Shown here piece by piece: positions 21,127 through 32,434 of a stretch of 64,000 nt of DNA (position 1 is the stretch's first letter; each line of letters opens with the position of its first letter). The stretch comes from Sulfolobales archaeon (lineage in GTDB: Archaea; Thermoproteota; Thermoprotei_A; Sulfolobales; AG1), in contig JAWBYA010000001.1 in the NCBI GenBank assembly GCA_038867615.1, positions 320,001 to 384,000 of the forward strand, given 5' to 3'. The notes under the pieces are model-generated. The model did no database searches. It had not been told where the DNA came from and was given only the letters and a program-made list of their open reading frames with translations. Both the position numbers and the translations under genes were made by a program.

Positions 21127-21534
21127 TTGTTCTCGAGGATGGTTATAGGGTATGACGGTTCGGATCATTCTAGGAGGGCTCTTAGAATAGCAATAGATCT
21201 GGCGAAAAAATACGGCTCAGAGGTGTTGGTGGTAACGGTTATTGATGTCTCAACCGTGCCTGGCGATCCCAACGCGATCAGGATTGTTAGCGAGACTGCA
21301 AACCAGGTTGTTGCAGAGGCTTCGGAGATCCTTTCTAGAGAGGGTATACCCCATAGGACTTTCGTGAGGCAAGGAGATCCTAGTAGTGAGATTGTGAAGG
21401 TTGCTGATGAGAATAAAGCGGATCTTGTGGTTGTGGGTAGTAGGGGGCTTTCGAGCCTTAAGAGGATCATTCTTGGAAGCGTTTCTCAGGGCGTGCTAAA
21501 TAAGTCAAAGATCCCGGTTCTGGTGGTGAAATAG
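21127..21534 (+). CDS. Universal stress protein
   Basis: GYDGS, GDP, VVGSRG, LGSVS, PVLVVK. Confidence 0.92.
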   Translation: MFSRMVIGYDGSDHSRRALRIAIDLAKKYGSEVLVVTVIDVSTVPGDPNAIRIVSETANQVVAEASEILSREGIPHRTFVRQGDPSSEIVKVADENKADLVVVGSRGLSSLKRIILGSVSQGVLNKSKIPVLVVK

Positions 21535-21546
21535 ATCCTATGCGTT

Positions 21547-22311
21547 TTATGAAACCACGGATCTGAGCCTGAGGGCATATGCAGATATACATAGTATAGT
21601 TTGGGCTGTGAGATTAGCTATAGCTATGTAGATATATATAGGATCTATAGATATTACGCCTGAGTATGCTTGGAGCAAGAGGCTTGCGGAAGCCGTGGGA
21701 GGTATGATCCCCAGTATTCTTATGGATTCTGGCAGCATTGTTACAGGGTAATATACTGGTGGGAAGACCGATAAGCCTAAGCCCAGGATGCTTGCGAGGG
21801 GCCAGACAAGCCTCTCAGTTCTGATATATGTCGATATTAGAAACACCATGAATGAGACTGTTATCCAGAGCGCTGCTGTTAGTGCGACTATGAATACAAA
21901 GGCTAGTATGTCTCTCAAGAGCCCGAATATGTAGAGGAGGAGTATGAATCCAGCTATAGAGGGGGATCCCCAGATATATGCTGAGAGAGCTAGCCCGAGC
22001 ACGTATGCCCAGTACGGTGTGGGTGAGGCTAGGAACATCTCCTGGAGCTTGAGACTAGATCTATACCACACAATATCTCCGAGAAGACCGAATGTTGAGG
22101 AAGCCATGGAGAGGACAAGCCCTCCTATTAAAGCGTAGTTGATAGCATCATGCCTCCCTATAATGAGTATTAGGAAGAAGAACGAGAATGGTGAGAGGAA
22201 GGACGATACAACCCACAGGGGGTTGTTCCTCATCGGTATATATCCATTGAATATCGAGAGCCAGAGCAGCGATCTAAGGCTCCTCATACTCACCATAAAA
22301 CCCACCCTCAC
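21547..22311 (-). CDS. ABC-2 type exporter permease
   Basis: Six TM helices, PPVYYP; adjacent to the ATPase. Confidence 0.8.
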   Translation of the reverse strand: MRVGFMVSMRSLRSLLWLSIFNGYIPMRNNPLWVVSSFLSPFSFFFLILIIGRHDAINYALIGGLVLSMASSTFGLLGDIVWYRSSLKLQEMFLASPTPYWAYVLGLALSAYIWGSPSIAGFILLLYIFGLLRDILAFVFIVALTAALWITVSFMVFLISTYIRTERLVWPLASILGLGLSVFPPVYYPVTMLPESIRILGIIPPTASASLLLQAYSGVISIDPIYIYIAIANLTAQTILCISAYALRLRSVVS

Positions 22312-23194
22312 CTATGATTAGAACATCAGCCACCCCAACAGGCCTTACCCTAGCCTTACCACCATTTCTAACAACCCTCGCCAAGCTCCTCTCAGCATCA
22401 ACCTCATCTCTATAGTAGGCAATAACCACACCTCCTCCTATCCTCACAACCATATCGCCATCAACCCCCATAGATCCGTTGCCATAGACCTCAACAACCC
22501 TGGAGAAACCTAGCCCCTCTATAACACTCCTAACAGGGCCCTGGGAAACAACCCTCCCAGAGCTCATCGCAACGACGTAGTCGGCTATAGCCTCAACCTC
22601 CTCAGGGTTATGGCTTGTCATAACGATAGTGGATCCAGAGCCCTTGATCCTTAGGAGGGAGTTCCAGAAACCCCTCCTCGATATAGGGTCAAGCCCTGAG
22701 GTGGGCTCGTCGAGGAAAATCAGATCTGCTTCCGATGCTATGGCGGCGGCTGCAACAACCCTCTGCTGGTTTCCTAGCGAGAGCTCGTGGCACCTGGTAT
22801 TCATAACCTCTCTTAACCCGAGCTCGGTGAGGATCTCCTTGGCTCTTCTTCTAGCTTCGCCCCACGGGGCTCCCCTGTATGCTAGGTATGTTGATACAAA
22901 CTGTAGGGGTGTTGAGAAGCCCGGTGGGAGGCTTCCCTGGGGCATCACGGCTATTCTGCTTCTAACACGCTCGGCGTCTCTTGTAACATCTATCCCCAGG
23001 GTCTCTATATAGCCTCTCGTGGGTTTTAGAAGACCTGAGGCTATCCTTATAAATGTTGTTTTGCCAGCGCCGTTTCTACCAACTAGGGCTGTTATCCCTC
23101 CACAGGGTATCTCTATGGAGACTCCTTTGAGGGCTTCGACACCGCCTCTAAAGATCTTGACGAGGTCTCTTGATACCACGCACGGCATAGTCAA
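22274..23194 (-). CDS. ABC exporter ATP-binding protein
   Basis: GRNGAGKTT, LSLGNQQR, LDEPTSGLD. Confidence 0.9.
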   Translation of the reverse strand: MTMPCVVSRDLVKIFRGGVEALKGVSIEIPCGGITALVGRNGAGKTTFIRIASGLLKPTRGYIETLGIDVTRDAERVRSRIAVMPQGSLPPGFSTPLQFVSTYLAYRGAPWGEARRRAKEILTELGLREVMNTRCHELSLGNQQRVVAAAAIASEADLIFLDEPTSGLDPISRRGFWNSLLRIKGSGSTIVMTSHNPEEVEAIADYVVAMSSGRVVSQGPVRSVIEGLGFSRVVEVYGNGSMGVDGDMVVRIGGGVVIAYYRDEVDAERSLARVVRNGGKARVRPVGVADVLIIGEGGFYGEYEEP

Positions 23195-23285
23195 GCCTCG
23201 CTTATGACTATATTATTATGCCTACGGAGGAAATATCCAAAAACCCGGTAGGATCGCGGTTTATGTCTAAAGCTATACTGCTTAG

Positions 23286-25502
23286 CTATGGTCCGAGGAA
23301 CTCGTCGGGCTTTGGAGGCTCTGGTTTTAGACCCTTTCTCTCTCTAATCCTTCTCACAAGATCGGGGAGTAGGTTGTCGGGAACAGGTGTCCACTTGCTA
23401 AACTCTGTACCCCATATGGCTCTTCCAGAGGTGACGCTTCTGAGCAGTGCTGCTAGATCCATGCTCTCAGCTATCGGGATCTCGGATATAACCCTCACCC
23501 AGTTGCCATAGAGCTCCACAACATCTATTATCTTCCCTCTCTTCTTGCTAATAACTCCTGTGACTTCTCCTATATAGTCCGACGGGATCTTTATATCGAC
23601 TTTCTGAAGAGGCTCTAGGAGGGTTGGTTTTGAGAGGAGCATCCCAGCATATATTGGGTTCCTTGTTGCTGGGTATAGCTGTGCAGGTCCTCTGTGGGCT
23701 GGATCCTCGTGGATCACTGCGTCGTGTAGGATAACCTTGACACCCCTCACAGGCTCTCTAGCCAATGGCCCTTCTCTCATGGCTAGTCTGAAGCCCTGGA
23801 TAATTGTGTCCTTAACCTCTCTCAGGTGCTGGACACCGCTTGTCATGTCTACGAATACGTTTATGTTCTCATCTATAGCCCATATCCTTCTAGCCTCGTC
23901 GTAGTCCCACGAAGCCTTGTCCCTCAGGATCTTAGCCCTCTCCCTCGGATCCTGGTCCTCTGTGATCTCTCCAGACGCTATGAGGGCTATTGTCTCGTTG
24001 TTAAGGGGTTCGACGCTTATGTAGAGCTTGTTATGCTTATTGGGGGACTTGCCCTCGAGGACCTGGCTCTTAGACCTAATGCTCTCCCTATACACTATAA
24101 GGGGTTGTGAGGTTACCACCTCTAATCCGTAGTTCTCTTTGAGGAGTGTTAGGGCGACCTCTAGGTGGACATAACCCATCCCTGATAATAGATACTCTCC
24201 CGTCTCCTCGTTGATCCTGAGGATCAGGTTTGGATCCTCTATGGTGAGCTTCCTAAGAGCATCGATCATCTTTGTCAACTCGGCAGGGTTCTTGGGCTCG
24301 AGGGCTATGGTTACAACTGGCTCCGATATATAGGAGATCTTCTCGAAGGGAACCATGGAGTCCTTGAACCTGGGGTCTACGATGGTCTCTCCAGACCTAG
24401 CCCTATCAAGCCCGAGCACCGCGGCTATGTTGCCAACAGGTATCTTCCCAGCCTGCTCCCTGAATGGCCCCATATATAGCCCTACCTGGAGTGCTCTCTG
24501 GGTAGTCTTTGAGTTGACTAGGTAGAGCTCGTTACCCTCCTCAAGTACTCCTGAGAGTATCCTGCCTGTGGCTACAAAGCCGGCATGGGGGTCGTGCCTC
24601 ATATCGTTTATCAGGAATACTACGGGGCCGTTGGGGTCTGCTTCAATCATTGCCCTGCCGATCTCTGAATCGAGGGGTCCTCTCCAGATCTTCGGTATTC
24701 TGTACTTCTGAGCCTCTTTCGGGTTGGGTACATGCTTTATAACCATTTCCAATATAGCCTCGTGTATTGGTATCTTCTTCTGCATAGCCTCTATAACATC
24801 TCTCTTGCCGCCCTCATAGGCTGCGATCAGGTCTGGGATCTTGACGCCCTTCCTCTGGCTATATGGTATTGTGAGCCCTATCTTATCCCTCGCGGCTCCG
24901 AATGCTACATGGCCCTTAACAGGATCTATCTTCCACGCCTGCTTAAACTCGGGCTCTGCGTAGGTCTCTATCAAGTTGTTGATCTCCTTGATTATCTGGA
25001 CAAACCTACCCTGGATCTCCTGGGGGCTCATCCTCAGCTCCCTTATAAGCCTATCGATCTTGTTTATGAAGAGGAGAGGCCTAACCCTCTCCTCAAGAGC
25101 CTGTCTAAGCACTGTCTCGGTTTGTGTCATGACTCCCTCGACAGCATCGACAACCACTATAGCTCCATCAAGAACCCTCAGGCTTCTGGAGACCTTGCCG
25201 CTGAAGTCAACGTGTCCGGGAGTGTCTATGAGGTTGATCACGTAGGGTTTTCCCTCGAACTCGAAGTAAAGGCTAATGTTAGCAGCCTTAACGGTAATGC
25301 CTCTCTGCTGCTCCACGGTGAGGTAGTCCATGGCTAAGACCTCTCCAGCGAGCTTCTCTGAGATGATCCCGGCGGCTGCTAGTAGCGTGTCGGTGAGGGT
25401 TGTTTTGCCATGGTCAACATGGGCTATGATACCTATGTTCCTAACCTGCTCTGGGTTACCAAGGATCTTGAGGATCTGCTCAACCGTCTTGTATCTCGGC
25501 AA
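23286..25502 (-). CDS. fusA: Translation elongation factor aEF-2
   Basis: [25 protein letters not shown], diphthamide loop [11 protein letters not shown]. Confidence 0.98.
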   Translation of the reverse strand: MPRYKTVEQILKILGNPEQVRNIGIIAHVDHGKTTLTDTLLAAAGIISEKLAGEVLAMDYLTVEQQRGITVKAANISLYFEFEGKPYVINLIDTPGHVDFSGKVSRSLRVLDGAIVVVDAVEGVMTQTETVLRQALEERVRPLLFINKIDRLIRELRMSPQEIQGRFVQIIKEINNLIETYAEPEFKQAWKIDPVKGHVAFGAARDKIGLTIPYSQRKGVKIPDLIAAYEGGKRDVIEAMQKKIPIHEAILEMVIKHVPNPKEAQKYRIPKIWRGPLDSEIGRAMIEADPNGPVVFLINDMRHDPHAGFVATGRILSGVLEEGNELYLVNSKTTQRALQVGLYMGPFREQAGKIPVGNIAAVLGLDRARSGETIVDPRFKDSMVPFEKISYISEPVVTIALEPKNPAELTKMIDALRKLTIEDPNLILRINEETGEYLLSGMGYVHLEVALTLLKENYGLEVVTSQPLIVYRESIRSKSQVLEGKSPNKHNKLYISVEPLNNETIALIASGEITEDQDPRERAKILRDKASWDYDEARRIWAIDENINVFVDMTSGVQHLREVKDTIIQGFRLAMREGPLAREPVRGVKVILHDAVIHEDPAHRGPAQLYPATRNPIYAGMLLSKPTLLEPLQKVDIKIPSDYIGEVTGVISKKRGKIIDVVELYGNWVRVISEIPIAESMDLAALLRSVTSGRAIWGTEFSKWTPVPDNLLPDLVRRIRERKGLKPEPPKPDEFLGP

Positions 25503-25598
25503 CCTTTACCTCCACGTGATATATTGATATCAAACTATATAGGATTAACGTTCATAAACCTCAGCCTCGAGATCATAGACCGGTTAGGGATGACTCAG

Positions 25599-27392
25599 CT
25601 AGCTCCTAGGTAGCTTTAGGATTCTAGAGGCTATGTTGCTAATGATTAGGGATAGAATGATCACGATCGAGAGGGTTAGTATTAGCATTGATGAGGCTCT
25701 GTGGATGAGCAGTGGATCATATACCAGGAGGCTAGCGATCACAGGGGTTATTGGGGATGGATGTGTGCTGGACACTGCCGGGCTTCCTATTAGGATTAGG
25801 CTTGTGCTCACCTCGGTCATAACATGGATCGATGTTATTACGAGGCCAACACTAACGGATCTAAAGATCATTGGGAACCCTATACCCCACATGGTTCTCA
25901 CAACACCCGATCCTAGGTTGAATGAGGCCTCCTCATAAGATCTTGGGATGCTTTGTAGAGACGCCTCAAGAGGTCTTACCATATATGGGAGCCTCCTAAT
26001 GGTATAGCTCATCACGAGATAGATCCAGGGGGTATATACAGGATCTATAGGCATACCCCTTGCAACGCTGTGGAAAAGCTGGTAGTAGGCTATGCCAATA
26101 GCCACGCCAGGGATCACGAGGGGGGCTATGGATAAAGCCTCTATGGCTGTAGCCACGCCTCCTCCGAACCTCATCGAGGCGTAGGCTGAGAAATACCCAA
26201 GGATCAATATTAGGATGGATGCTACGAGTGTATAGACCACAGTATTGATCATGGCTCTTTGGTAGTATGGGGATACCAATACATCTATATAGTTATCAAG
26301 CCAGGCGAGGGATGGTGATGTGCTGAGGAACCAGCCCTTTGTGACGGAGTAGAGGAGAACCATTATGTTGGGTGCTAGGGAGATTATGAGCAGTATTGAT
26401 GCGAAGATCCTTAGCAACGATCCCTTAATCCCCCCTACCTCTATATAGATTCCCTTGAACGAGACCACGCCAAGCCTTGATATTGATAGATACCTATAGA
26501 GCGGTATGAGCATAGCTATGGTTATTATAAGCATTACGAACACGAACGAGGCTATCCTAGGACTAACCTGGTAGCCATACTCAGAGATAAAGCCTATATA
26601 TGCTTGGTAGGATAAGAGGTTCCTCGCAGCATTATGCCTGCTAAAGGTCAGGGGGCCTACGAGATCCTCTATAGATAGTATGAAGATCAGGGACCAGACG
26701 GCTATTATAGCTGGCCTCATGATCGGTATAAGGATCCTCGTTATAGTAGCCCTAGCCCCCGCACCAAGGTTCCACGAAGCCTCTATAAGCCCCCTATCTA
26801 TGCTCTCAGCATAGGAGAGGAGGAAGAGGTGGGCTAGGGGGAGGAAGTGTATGATCTGGTAGAGGGCTATGCCGGCGAGACCATCTATAGCTATTCTGAA
26901 CCCCATGCCGAGAGAGCCTAGAACTATGTTCACTATCCCCAGATCCCTGTGGAAAAGATGGATCACGACATAGGCTGATAGAAACGGCATGGGTATCGAT
27001 GCCAAGAGGGGTAAGAGGTAGCCGAAGAACCACCTAGCCCTAGACATGCTTAGAGAAGCTATAACAGTGACCATGGATAGGAGTATCACGACAAGCGATA
27101 CTAGTGTTGAGAGTAGGAGGGAGTTCACCACCGGTCCGTAGTCAGCCCCTGTTATATATATGAGCACGTAGCCTGGATAGTTATAAACGGTATATAGCTC
27201 CCCATCAGGCGGTATCTTAACGCTGGTAAGGATCTCTAACATCTGCTGGAGATCTATGCTTGATGTGAGCAGATACACTATGGGGAGGACAAGCATGAAG
27301 ATCATTACCAGTAAGAGAACCAGGGATATGATCTCCCTCTCACCGACTCGTAGCACCGATCTCCAAGCCTCTCTAACCACTATACCCCACAT
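25599..27392 (-). CDS. Fe3+/thiamine-type ABC transporter permease (two fused domains)
   Basis: Two EAS-x-NLG loops, many TM helices. Confidence 0.85.
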   Translation of the reverse strand: MWGIVVREAWRSVLRVGEREIISLVLLLVMIFMLVLPIVYLLTSSIDLQQMLEILTSVKIPPDGELYTVYNYPGYVLIYITGADYGPVVNSLLLSTLVSLVVILLSMVTVIASLSMSRARWFFGYLLPLLASIPMPFLSAYVVIHLFHRDLGIVNIVLGSLGMGFRIAIDGLAGIALYQIIHFLPLAHLFLLSYAESIDRGLIEASWNLGAGARATITRILIPIMRPAIIAVWSLIFILSIEDLVGPLTFSRHNAARNLLSYQAYIGFISEYGYQVSPRIASFVFVMLIITIAMLIPLYRYLSISRLGVVSFKGIYIEVGGIKGSLLRIFASILLIISLAPNIMVLLYSVTKGWFLSTSPSLAWLDNYIDVLVSPYYQRAMINTVVYTLVASILILILGYFSAYASMRFGGGVATAIEALSIAPLVIPGVAIGIAYYQLFHSVARGMPIDPVYTPWIYLVMSYTIRRLPYMVRPLEASLQSIPRSYEEASFNLGSGVVRTMWGIGFPMIFRSVSVGLVITSIHVMTEVSTSLILIGSPAVSSTHPSPITPVIASLLVYDPLLIHRASSMLILTLSIVIILSLIISNIASRILKLPRS

Positions 27393-27508
27393 CTCCTAAC
27401 AGATCCTAGAGATGACATAAATAGCTAGCAAAAGCTTTGAGATGAGGTGCTGCTTCTCGCATGCTCCGCGGACGATGATCTGTTTCCTGCTATCAGAACT
27501 CTAGAGCT

Positions 27509-28861
27509 CTATCCACCCAGGTTTCTGAGTATAGAGCTATACCTCTCGATCGCTGCCTTTTTCACAGCGCTCTTGAAGAGATCGGCTTCTTGAGAGCTTC
27601 TAAGCATGTCGTTGATCTTAGAGGCGAATTCTTTTGTGAACACGTTCTTCGCCCCCTTATAGTCGATCTCGAGGGGTGATCCGAGCCTTGCTACTAGGGC
27701 TTCGAGATCTCTGCTTGATATAGAGCCGTTCAGGTAGAGGGAGACCGCTTTACTCCATATTTTCTTTAACAGTGTATTGGCATCTGAATCCGCTATCGCT
27801 GCTTCGAAGTAATATACTGCTGAGAGCTCCCATTTAGAGGAGTCCTCGGGATCGTATGGGTATATGTTGCCAGAGGCTTTTCTATATATATCCTCTAGGG
27901 GTGTGCCTTTGGGTAGCTGGTATGGTAGGTAGTAGAATAGCTCGGCAAGCGCTTTCTGCCCCTCATCGCTTAATAACCAGAGTATGAATGCCTCTGCGGC
28001 TTCTTTATTCTTTGTATTCTTGGCAATCGCCACGGGGCTTATATCTGGTAGCAACCCCTGTGTGGCTATAACGAACTCTGCTTTGCCCCCGCTTGCGTTG
28101 ACAGCCCTTAGCCCGTATATGAGTACGGTTGGGGCTGCGCCAGAGATCCCTGTGGCTACATCGTCTCTAGCCTTCTCAGAGCTCTCAACGATCTTTGAGT
28201 TAGCACCTATTATTGTTAATATCTGCCACCCTCTATCCCATCCATATTTCTGTAGTATTAGCTGTAGGGTTCTTGCGGCTGTTGTGCTTTTCGAGGGCAT
28301 TGGGAAGGATACTGCTGGGTCTCCCTTTAATAGTGAGGCTGAGAAGGCGGGGCTTGCGAGATCCTCCCAGGATGATGGCTTTGGTAATGAGTATCTAGAG
28401 AGATAATCGTTATTGATTGTGAAGCTGAATATTGTTCTCGAGACAGAGATGAAGCAGACGTTCCCCTTACTATCCCTATAGATCTCCGCACCTATGCTGC
28501 TAGCCCTCGATATGACCTCTCTGCCTGTTATTGGTTCTAGATAGCCGTCTCTACAGAGGGAGTTGTAGACAGCATAGCCGCCTATTAGGAATACATCGAC
28601 AGCCCCGCTCTCTACAAAGGATCTCCATTTGCCTACATCCTCTTTCCTGAACTCTATATCCTTGATCCCGTATTTAGCTGCTATATCGCTTTTAAGAAAC
28701 CTCTCTCTCAGAGCGCTACCTTCTTCAGGGGCTAGTCTTGTCACGACAACAAGCTTGACCTCTCTCCCCTGCTGGGTCATGATCTGTGGGGCTAGTAGGG
28801 CTAGCAAGATCCCGGCTATCGCTATGATCGATACCACTGCGACAAGGATCCTCTTCCTCAA
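27509..28861 (-). CDS. Fe3+-type ABC transporter substrate-binding protein
   Basis: PKPSSWEDL, ILQKYGWDRGW, LSDEGQ. Confidence 0.8.
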   Translation of the reverse strand: MRKRILVAVVSIIAIAGILLALLAPQIMTQQGREVKLVVVTRLAPEEGSALRERFLKSDIAAKYGIKDIEFRKEDVGKWRSFVESGAVDVFLIGGYAVYNSLCRDGYLEPITGREVISRASSIGAEIYRDSKGNVCFISVSRTIFSFTINNDYLSRYSLPKPSSWEDLASPAFSASLLKGDPAVSFPMPSKSTTAARTLQLILQKYGWDRGWQILTIIGANSKIVESSEKARDDVATGISGAAPTVLIYGLRAVNASGGKAEFVIATQGLLPDISPVAIAKNTKNKEAAEAFILWLLSDEGQKALAELFYYLPYQLPKGTPLEDIYRKASGNIYPYDPEDSSKWELSAVYYFEAAIADSDANTLLKKIWSKAVSLYLNGSISSRDLEALVARLGSPLEIDYKGAKNVFTKEFASKINDMLRSSQEADLFKSAVKKAAIERYSSILRNLGG

Positions 28862-28943
28862 GACAGACCCCTCGTGAAATTGTATAGGGGGTTTTAAGGC
28901 TATTATAGAAATGCTATAGAGTGGATTAAAAAAGCCTAAAAAA

Positions 28944-29231
28944 TTAGTCTTTCCTAGCTACTGTTATCTCTATTGTGGATACTCTGGAGGTTCTCCCGCC
29001 TTCTCTGGTTACTTCTTGGCTCCCGATCGATATTCCGGCGACTGTTAGCTTGTCCTTGAGGAACCTGCTCCTCAGGATCTCTACTGTATCTACAGCCTTG
29101 CTTATAGCCCTGCCCCTGGCTTTTATAACAACCTTATCCATGCCCTGGTTAAACAGGGTCAGGGTTGCTAGGACATAGTTTATAGCTGGTTTTTTACCTA
29201 CTAGAACTACGTTTGTTGCCTGCTGTGCCAT
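28944..29231 (-). CDS. albA: DNA/RNA-binding protein Alba
   Basis: [26 protein letters not shown]. Confidence 0.97.
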   Translation of the reverse strand: MAQQATNVVLVGKKPAINYVLATLTLFNQGMDKVVIKARGRAISKAVDTVEILRSRFLKDKLTVAGISIGSQEVTREGGRTSRVSTIEITVARKD

Positions 29232-29400
29232 TTCTTTGTCACCGCATCCATTTTATGGAGGAGAGCTTATATATCTTATCACTCAGCTATCCATACTAGT
29301 AATCACCTGGTTAGCATGTGTGCTATATATGCTGTGATGAGGCACGGCTATGGTCTATAGAGGGTATTTCTTATATAGCCTGGGGGTTTGATGATACTAT

Positions 29401-29997
29401 ATGGGCCGTGCTATGGATCGGAGATTATCTTTGCTAGAGGATCTTGTTAAAAGCCTGTCATCGAGGGATCCTGTGCATGGTTGGGAGCATATAGAGAGGG
29501 TGAGGAGGCTTTGCAGATATATAGCCTCTAGATATGGGGGCTCTGTGGATCTCGAGATCCTCGATCTTGCAGCTCTTCTCCATGATGTTGGCAGATTTGT
29601 TGGGGATGGCAGGCACCACTCAGAGTTATCTGCGGAGTTTGCAGAGAAGATCCTCAGGATCTTGGGTTATGGGGAGGATAAGATCTCGAGGGTGGTTGGT
29701 GCTATAACAAGCCATAGCTATAGCTATGGGCGTGAGCCGGAAACAATAGAGGGGAAGATACTCAGCGATGCTGATAAGATAGACGCTATGGGGGCTGTGG
29801 GGGTTGCGAGGACATTCATGCTGGGGGGTTTGTGGGGGAGGGGTATTGATGAGACTCTAAAGCACTTTGAGGAGAAGCTTTTAAAGCTATATGGAAGGCT
29901 CTACCTAGAAGTCTCTAGAGAGATAGCTAGGGATAGGTTTGAGTTTCTAGAGAAGTTCTATAAACAGATCCGGGGCGAGCTTGGAGTAGAGGTCTAG
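29401..29997 (+). CDS. HD domain phosphohydrolase
   Basis: HGWEHIERV, LLHDVG, DADKIDAMGAVG. Confidence 0.9.
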   Translation: MGRAMDRRLSLLEDLVKSLSSRDPVHGWEHIERVRRLCRYIASRYGGSVDLEILDLAALLHDVGRFVGDGRHHSELSAEFAEKILRILGYGEDKISRVVGAITSHSYSYGREPETIEGKILSDADKIDAMGAVGVARTFMLGGLWGRGIDETLKHFEEKLLKLYGRLYLEVSREIARDRFEFLEKFYKQIRGELGVEV

Positions 29998-30014
29998 GAG
30001 GTCTAGCCCGGCCT

Positions 30015-30067
30015 CATCAGTTGAGACAGGTTATGTCACCGTTCCAAACGGCTCTTCCTCATCACAA
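30015..30067 (-). ncRNA. Box C/D sRNA with two guides complementary to 23S rRNA domain V
   Basis: GTGATGA (30059-30065), guide GGAAGAGCCG, degenerate D'/C', guide AACCTGTCTCA, CTGA (30017-30020); the guides pair with the conserved 23S sequences CGGCUCUUCC and UGAGACAGGU. Confidence 0.8.
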
Positions 30068-30115
30068 TAAAATATAGAGACCAACTGCTTATATCTCTAA
30101 CCATTCGGGTAAGGG

Positions 30116-30649
30116 TTACGGGTATTCCAGCCTCTTTGGGAGCCTGACGCCCCTCTGGCCTTGGTAGGCGCCTCTATATGGTCTCTCTATAGGTGTGGAT
30201 ACCTTGGAGAGGATCACGTGGAGAAACCTTGTCCCCGCCCTCAGGCTTACTGGGAAGGGGGGTGCCTGTACCTCTATAGTTAGCTGCCCCTCAAAACCCC
30301 CGTCGATCAGTGTTGGGGGTATTATGAAGCCAAGCCTAGCGAAAGTCGATCTCAGCTCGACAAACCCGGCAAGCTCTGGTGGGAGGCGTATGTATTCGAG
30401 GGTATGCATCAAATACCTCCCCCAAGGCTTTGTCTGGAAAACCCCGTTGGTCTCATAGCATTTAAAATACTCGCTAGGATCCCACTCACCATAGGGATCC
30501 AAAGGCTTGTCCGACTCAAGCATCTCGCACACCTCGCTACCAAGCCTCAGATCGATGCCATTCTCCCTCACAATACCCTCCCAGAAAGGCTCTATATAGA
30601 GCCTGCCAGAAGATATATAGCTCCTAAGATCGAAATCAGATAGTATCAA
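30116..30649 (-). CDS. dcd: dCTP deaminase
   Basis: MILSD, DLRLG, RSTFARLG, IDGGFEGQLTIE, YRGAYQGQ. Confidence 0.93.
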   Translation of the reverse strand: MILSDFDLRSYISSGRLYIEPFWEGIVRENGIDLRLGSEVCEMLESDKPLDPYGEWDPSEYFKCYETNGVFQTKPWGRYLMHTLEYIRLPPELAGFVELRSTFARLGFIIPPTLIDGGFEGQLTIEVQAPPFPVSLRAGTRFLHVILSKVSTPIERPYRGAYQGQRGVRLPKRLEYP

Positions 30650-30883
30650 GAACCAGCCCTCAAGAAAACCATTCCTGGACGGATCACTATTAAAACGTTT
30701 GCCCCCGATGTAATCGTTACCTCACCGATACAGGGATAGAGAACCACTTGGAGTAATATGTGGTTATCGAGCCTGGCGGTATAGAGCCTAAGCTATCTCG
30801 CGAAGATCGTTTTCCGGACGGCTTGGAATACTACTGGAGGAATTATTAGATAAAGAAATAACCCCCTATAGATCTACTATGGT

Positions 30884-30936
30884 TGATGATGAGGGGTGCA
30901 AACAATGAAGGGTGATTAGCGCGCTCTTCGCTGAGC
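30884..30936 (+). ncRNA. Candidate box C/D sRNA
   Basis: ATGATGA (30886-30892), 12-nt guide, ATGA (D'), GTGATT (C'), guide, CTGA (30931-30934), inside a 680-bp intergenic region. Confidence 0.65.
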
Positions 30937-31331
30937 GAGAAGATGTGTAGTGAGCCCCAGCATTATTCCCAGTCCTCTGTTATCTCTCAGCGAAGGCTGC
31001 GTTACCAGAAAATGGTAACGCAGAGCCCTATACTCTTGGAACAATTCATGCTAGTAAGCGCATCTCGCTATAGGGTCGCTACACTAAATACAAAGTTCCT
31101 CATGATCTTTTCTTTATAGTATTACCTCTCGAGAATCAATATAATATCTGAATTAAAAAGGCTCTTTATACCAATGCGAGAACTTCTTTCCAGAACAACT
31201 AGGATCGAGATCTGGGAGGGCTCTTACGATATAAGGGAAAGAGCAGTTAAATGTGTAGAGGGTAACTAAGCTAGCAAGCCAGTAATGCTAGCCGGCTAGA
31301 GGTCTCGGTTTAGTGTGCTTAACCGACCTGG

Positions 31332-31841
31332 CTATTTATAGTTTAAGGTGCCGTTGATCACTTCTGCGCAGGAGGTTAGCCTATGCTCTATTACGTGATC
31401 TCGATCGAGTATATGTATAACACTATAGCCTTTACTTACCAGCCAGTCTGATATTATTTTTCTATGACAGTTCCACGGTAGCTTCTCGGCGCACATTATT
31501 GCTATGAGTTTCTCGCCTGCGAGTCTCAGGATCCTTTCGAGAGCTTCTCCAGCCTCTCTGTTTTTAAGTATATAGTTAGCATATGCTCTGAAACCCTCGC
31601 TCTCAAAACATCTCCCAATACCGTGGTCCTCTATATCTCTACCAAACCTTCTATAACCTCCTAGGGCTTCTTCCCATATATAGCTGATCCCATGGCTTGG
31701 CAGGATCTTCTCCAGGTTCTCGCGGCTAAAATGGGGATGCTTTCTACTCTTTGGCCATCTCCTCACATCTATGAGTATCTCGACGTTGAATTCTCTCAAT
31801 ATTGTTATGAGATCATCGAGGCTTCTGTTCGAATGCCCCAT
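31332..31841 (-). CDS. DUF488 family protein
   Basis: GHSNRS, LIDVRRWP.S, MCAE...CHR; the true start is probably a few codons upstream. Confidence 0.85.
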   Translation of the reverse strand: MGHSNRSLDDLITILREFNVEILIDVRRWPKSRKHPHFSRENLEKILPSHGISYIWEEALGGYRRFGRDIEDHGIGRCFESEGFRAYANYILKNREAGEALERILRLAGEKLIAIMCAEKLPWNCHRKIISDWLVSKGYSVIHILDRDHVIEHRLTSCAEVINGTLNYK

Positions 31842-31933
31842 GGTTAGGATCTTTCTGTGATAGATATTCCCCCCAGCTATTGTGATCCTTGAAGGGTTAT
31901 AGAGTTGAGACCCATGGATCTTAGGGTCTCGCC

Positions 31934-32434
31934 CTAAACTATAGATCGGTTTCTCTTTGAAATCTTATCCCTAACCCTCTCTATAAATACTTTTATAGCT
32001 CTCTCTGCCGTCTCATCGTTATAGAATCTACTCATAATGCCCTCTCTATCTGGTCCGTTGTACTGGTATTCGTGGATTGCTAGTGCTGCTAGGGTTAGTT
32101 CTACGATATCCCGGTCTATATCGCTTAGCTTAACAGCGATCTGGCTCATCATATTGGTAGGCATGACTGCAGCGACCCATTTATATCTCTCTATAACCCT
32201 ACCTTCAGGTAGTTTTCTGTATCCCTCTATATCTTTAAGTTTATCTATGTTGCTTAGAGCTAGGTGTGATAGGTAGGATTTCCAGGCCTGGAAGGCTTTT
32301 CCCGCAGCGTTTCTCAGCAGCCCTGCTCTCAGGAGTTTTTCGGCTAGCTCGAGCTCTACTACAGCTTCTGAGGCTCTTTTCTCGCTAAGACCTTCTAGAT
32401 CTATTTCTACGGGTCTTGATCCCTTCTGCTCCAT
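31934..32434 (-). CDS. PaREP1 family protein
   Basis: RNAAGKAFQAWK, HEYQYNGPD. Confidence 0.8.
   Translation of the reverse strand: MEQKGSRPVEIDLEGLSEKRASEAVVELELAEKLLRAGLLRNAAGKAFQAWKSYLSHLALSNIDKLKDIEGYRKLPEGRVIERYKWVAAVMPTNMMSQIAVKLSDIDRDIVELTLAALAIHEYQYNGPDREGIMSRFYNDETAERAIKVFIERVRDKISKRNRSIV

Noticed and set aside
23286-25502. EF-2 located outside a ribosomal protein (str) operon
   Set aside because: Separation of EF-2 from that cluster is not unusual in crenarchaea.
27435-27498. Possible further C/D sRNA
   Set aside because: Both terminal boxes are degenerate (GAGATGA, CAGA) and no convincing target was recognised.
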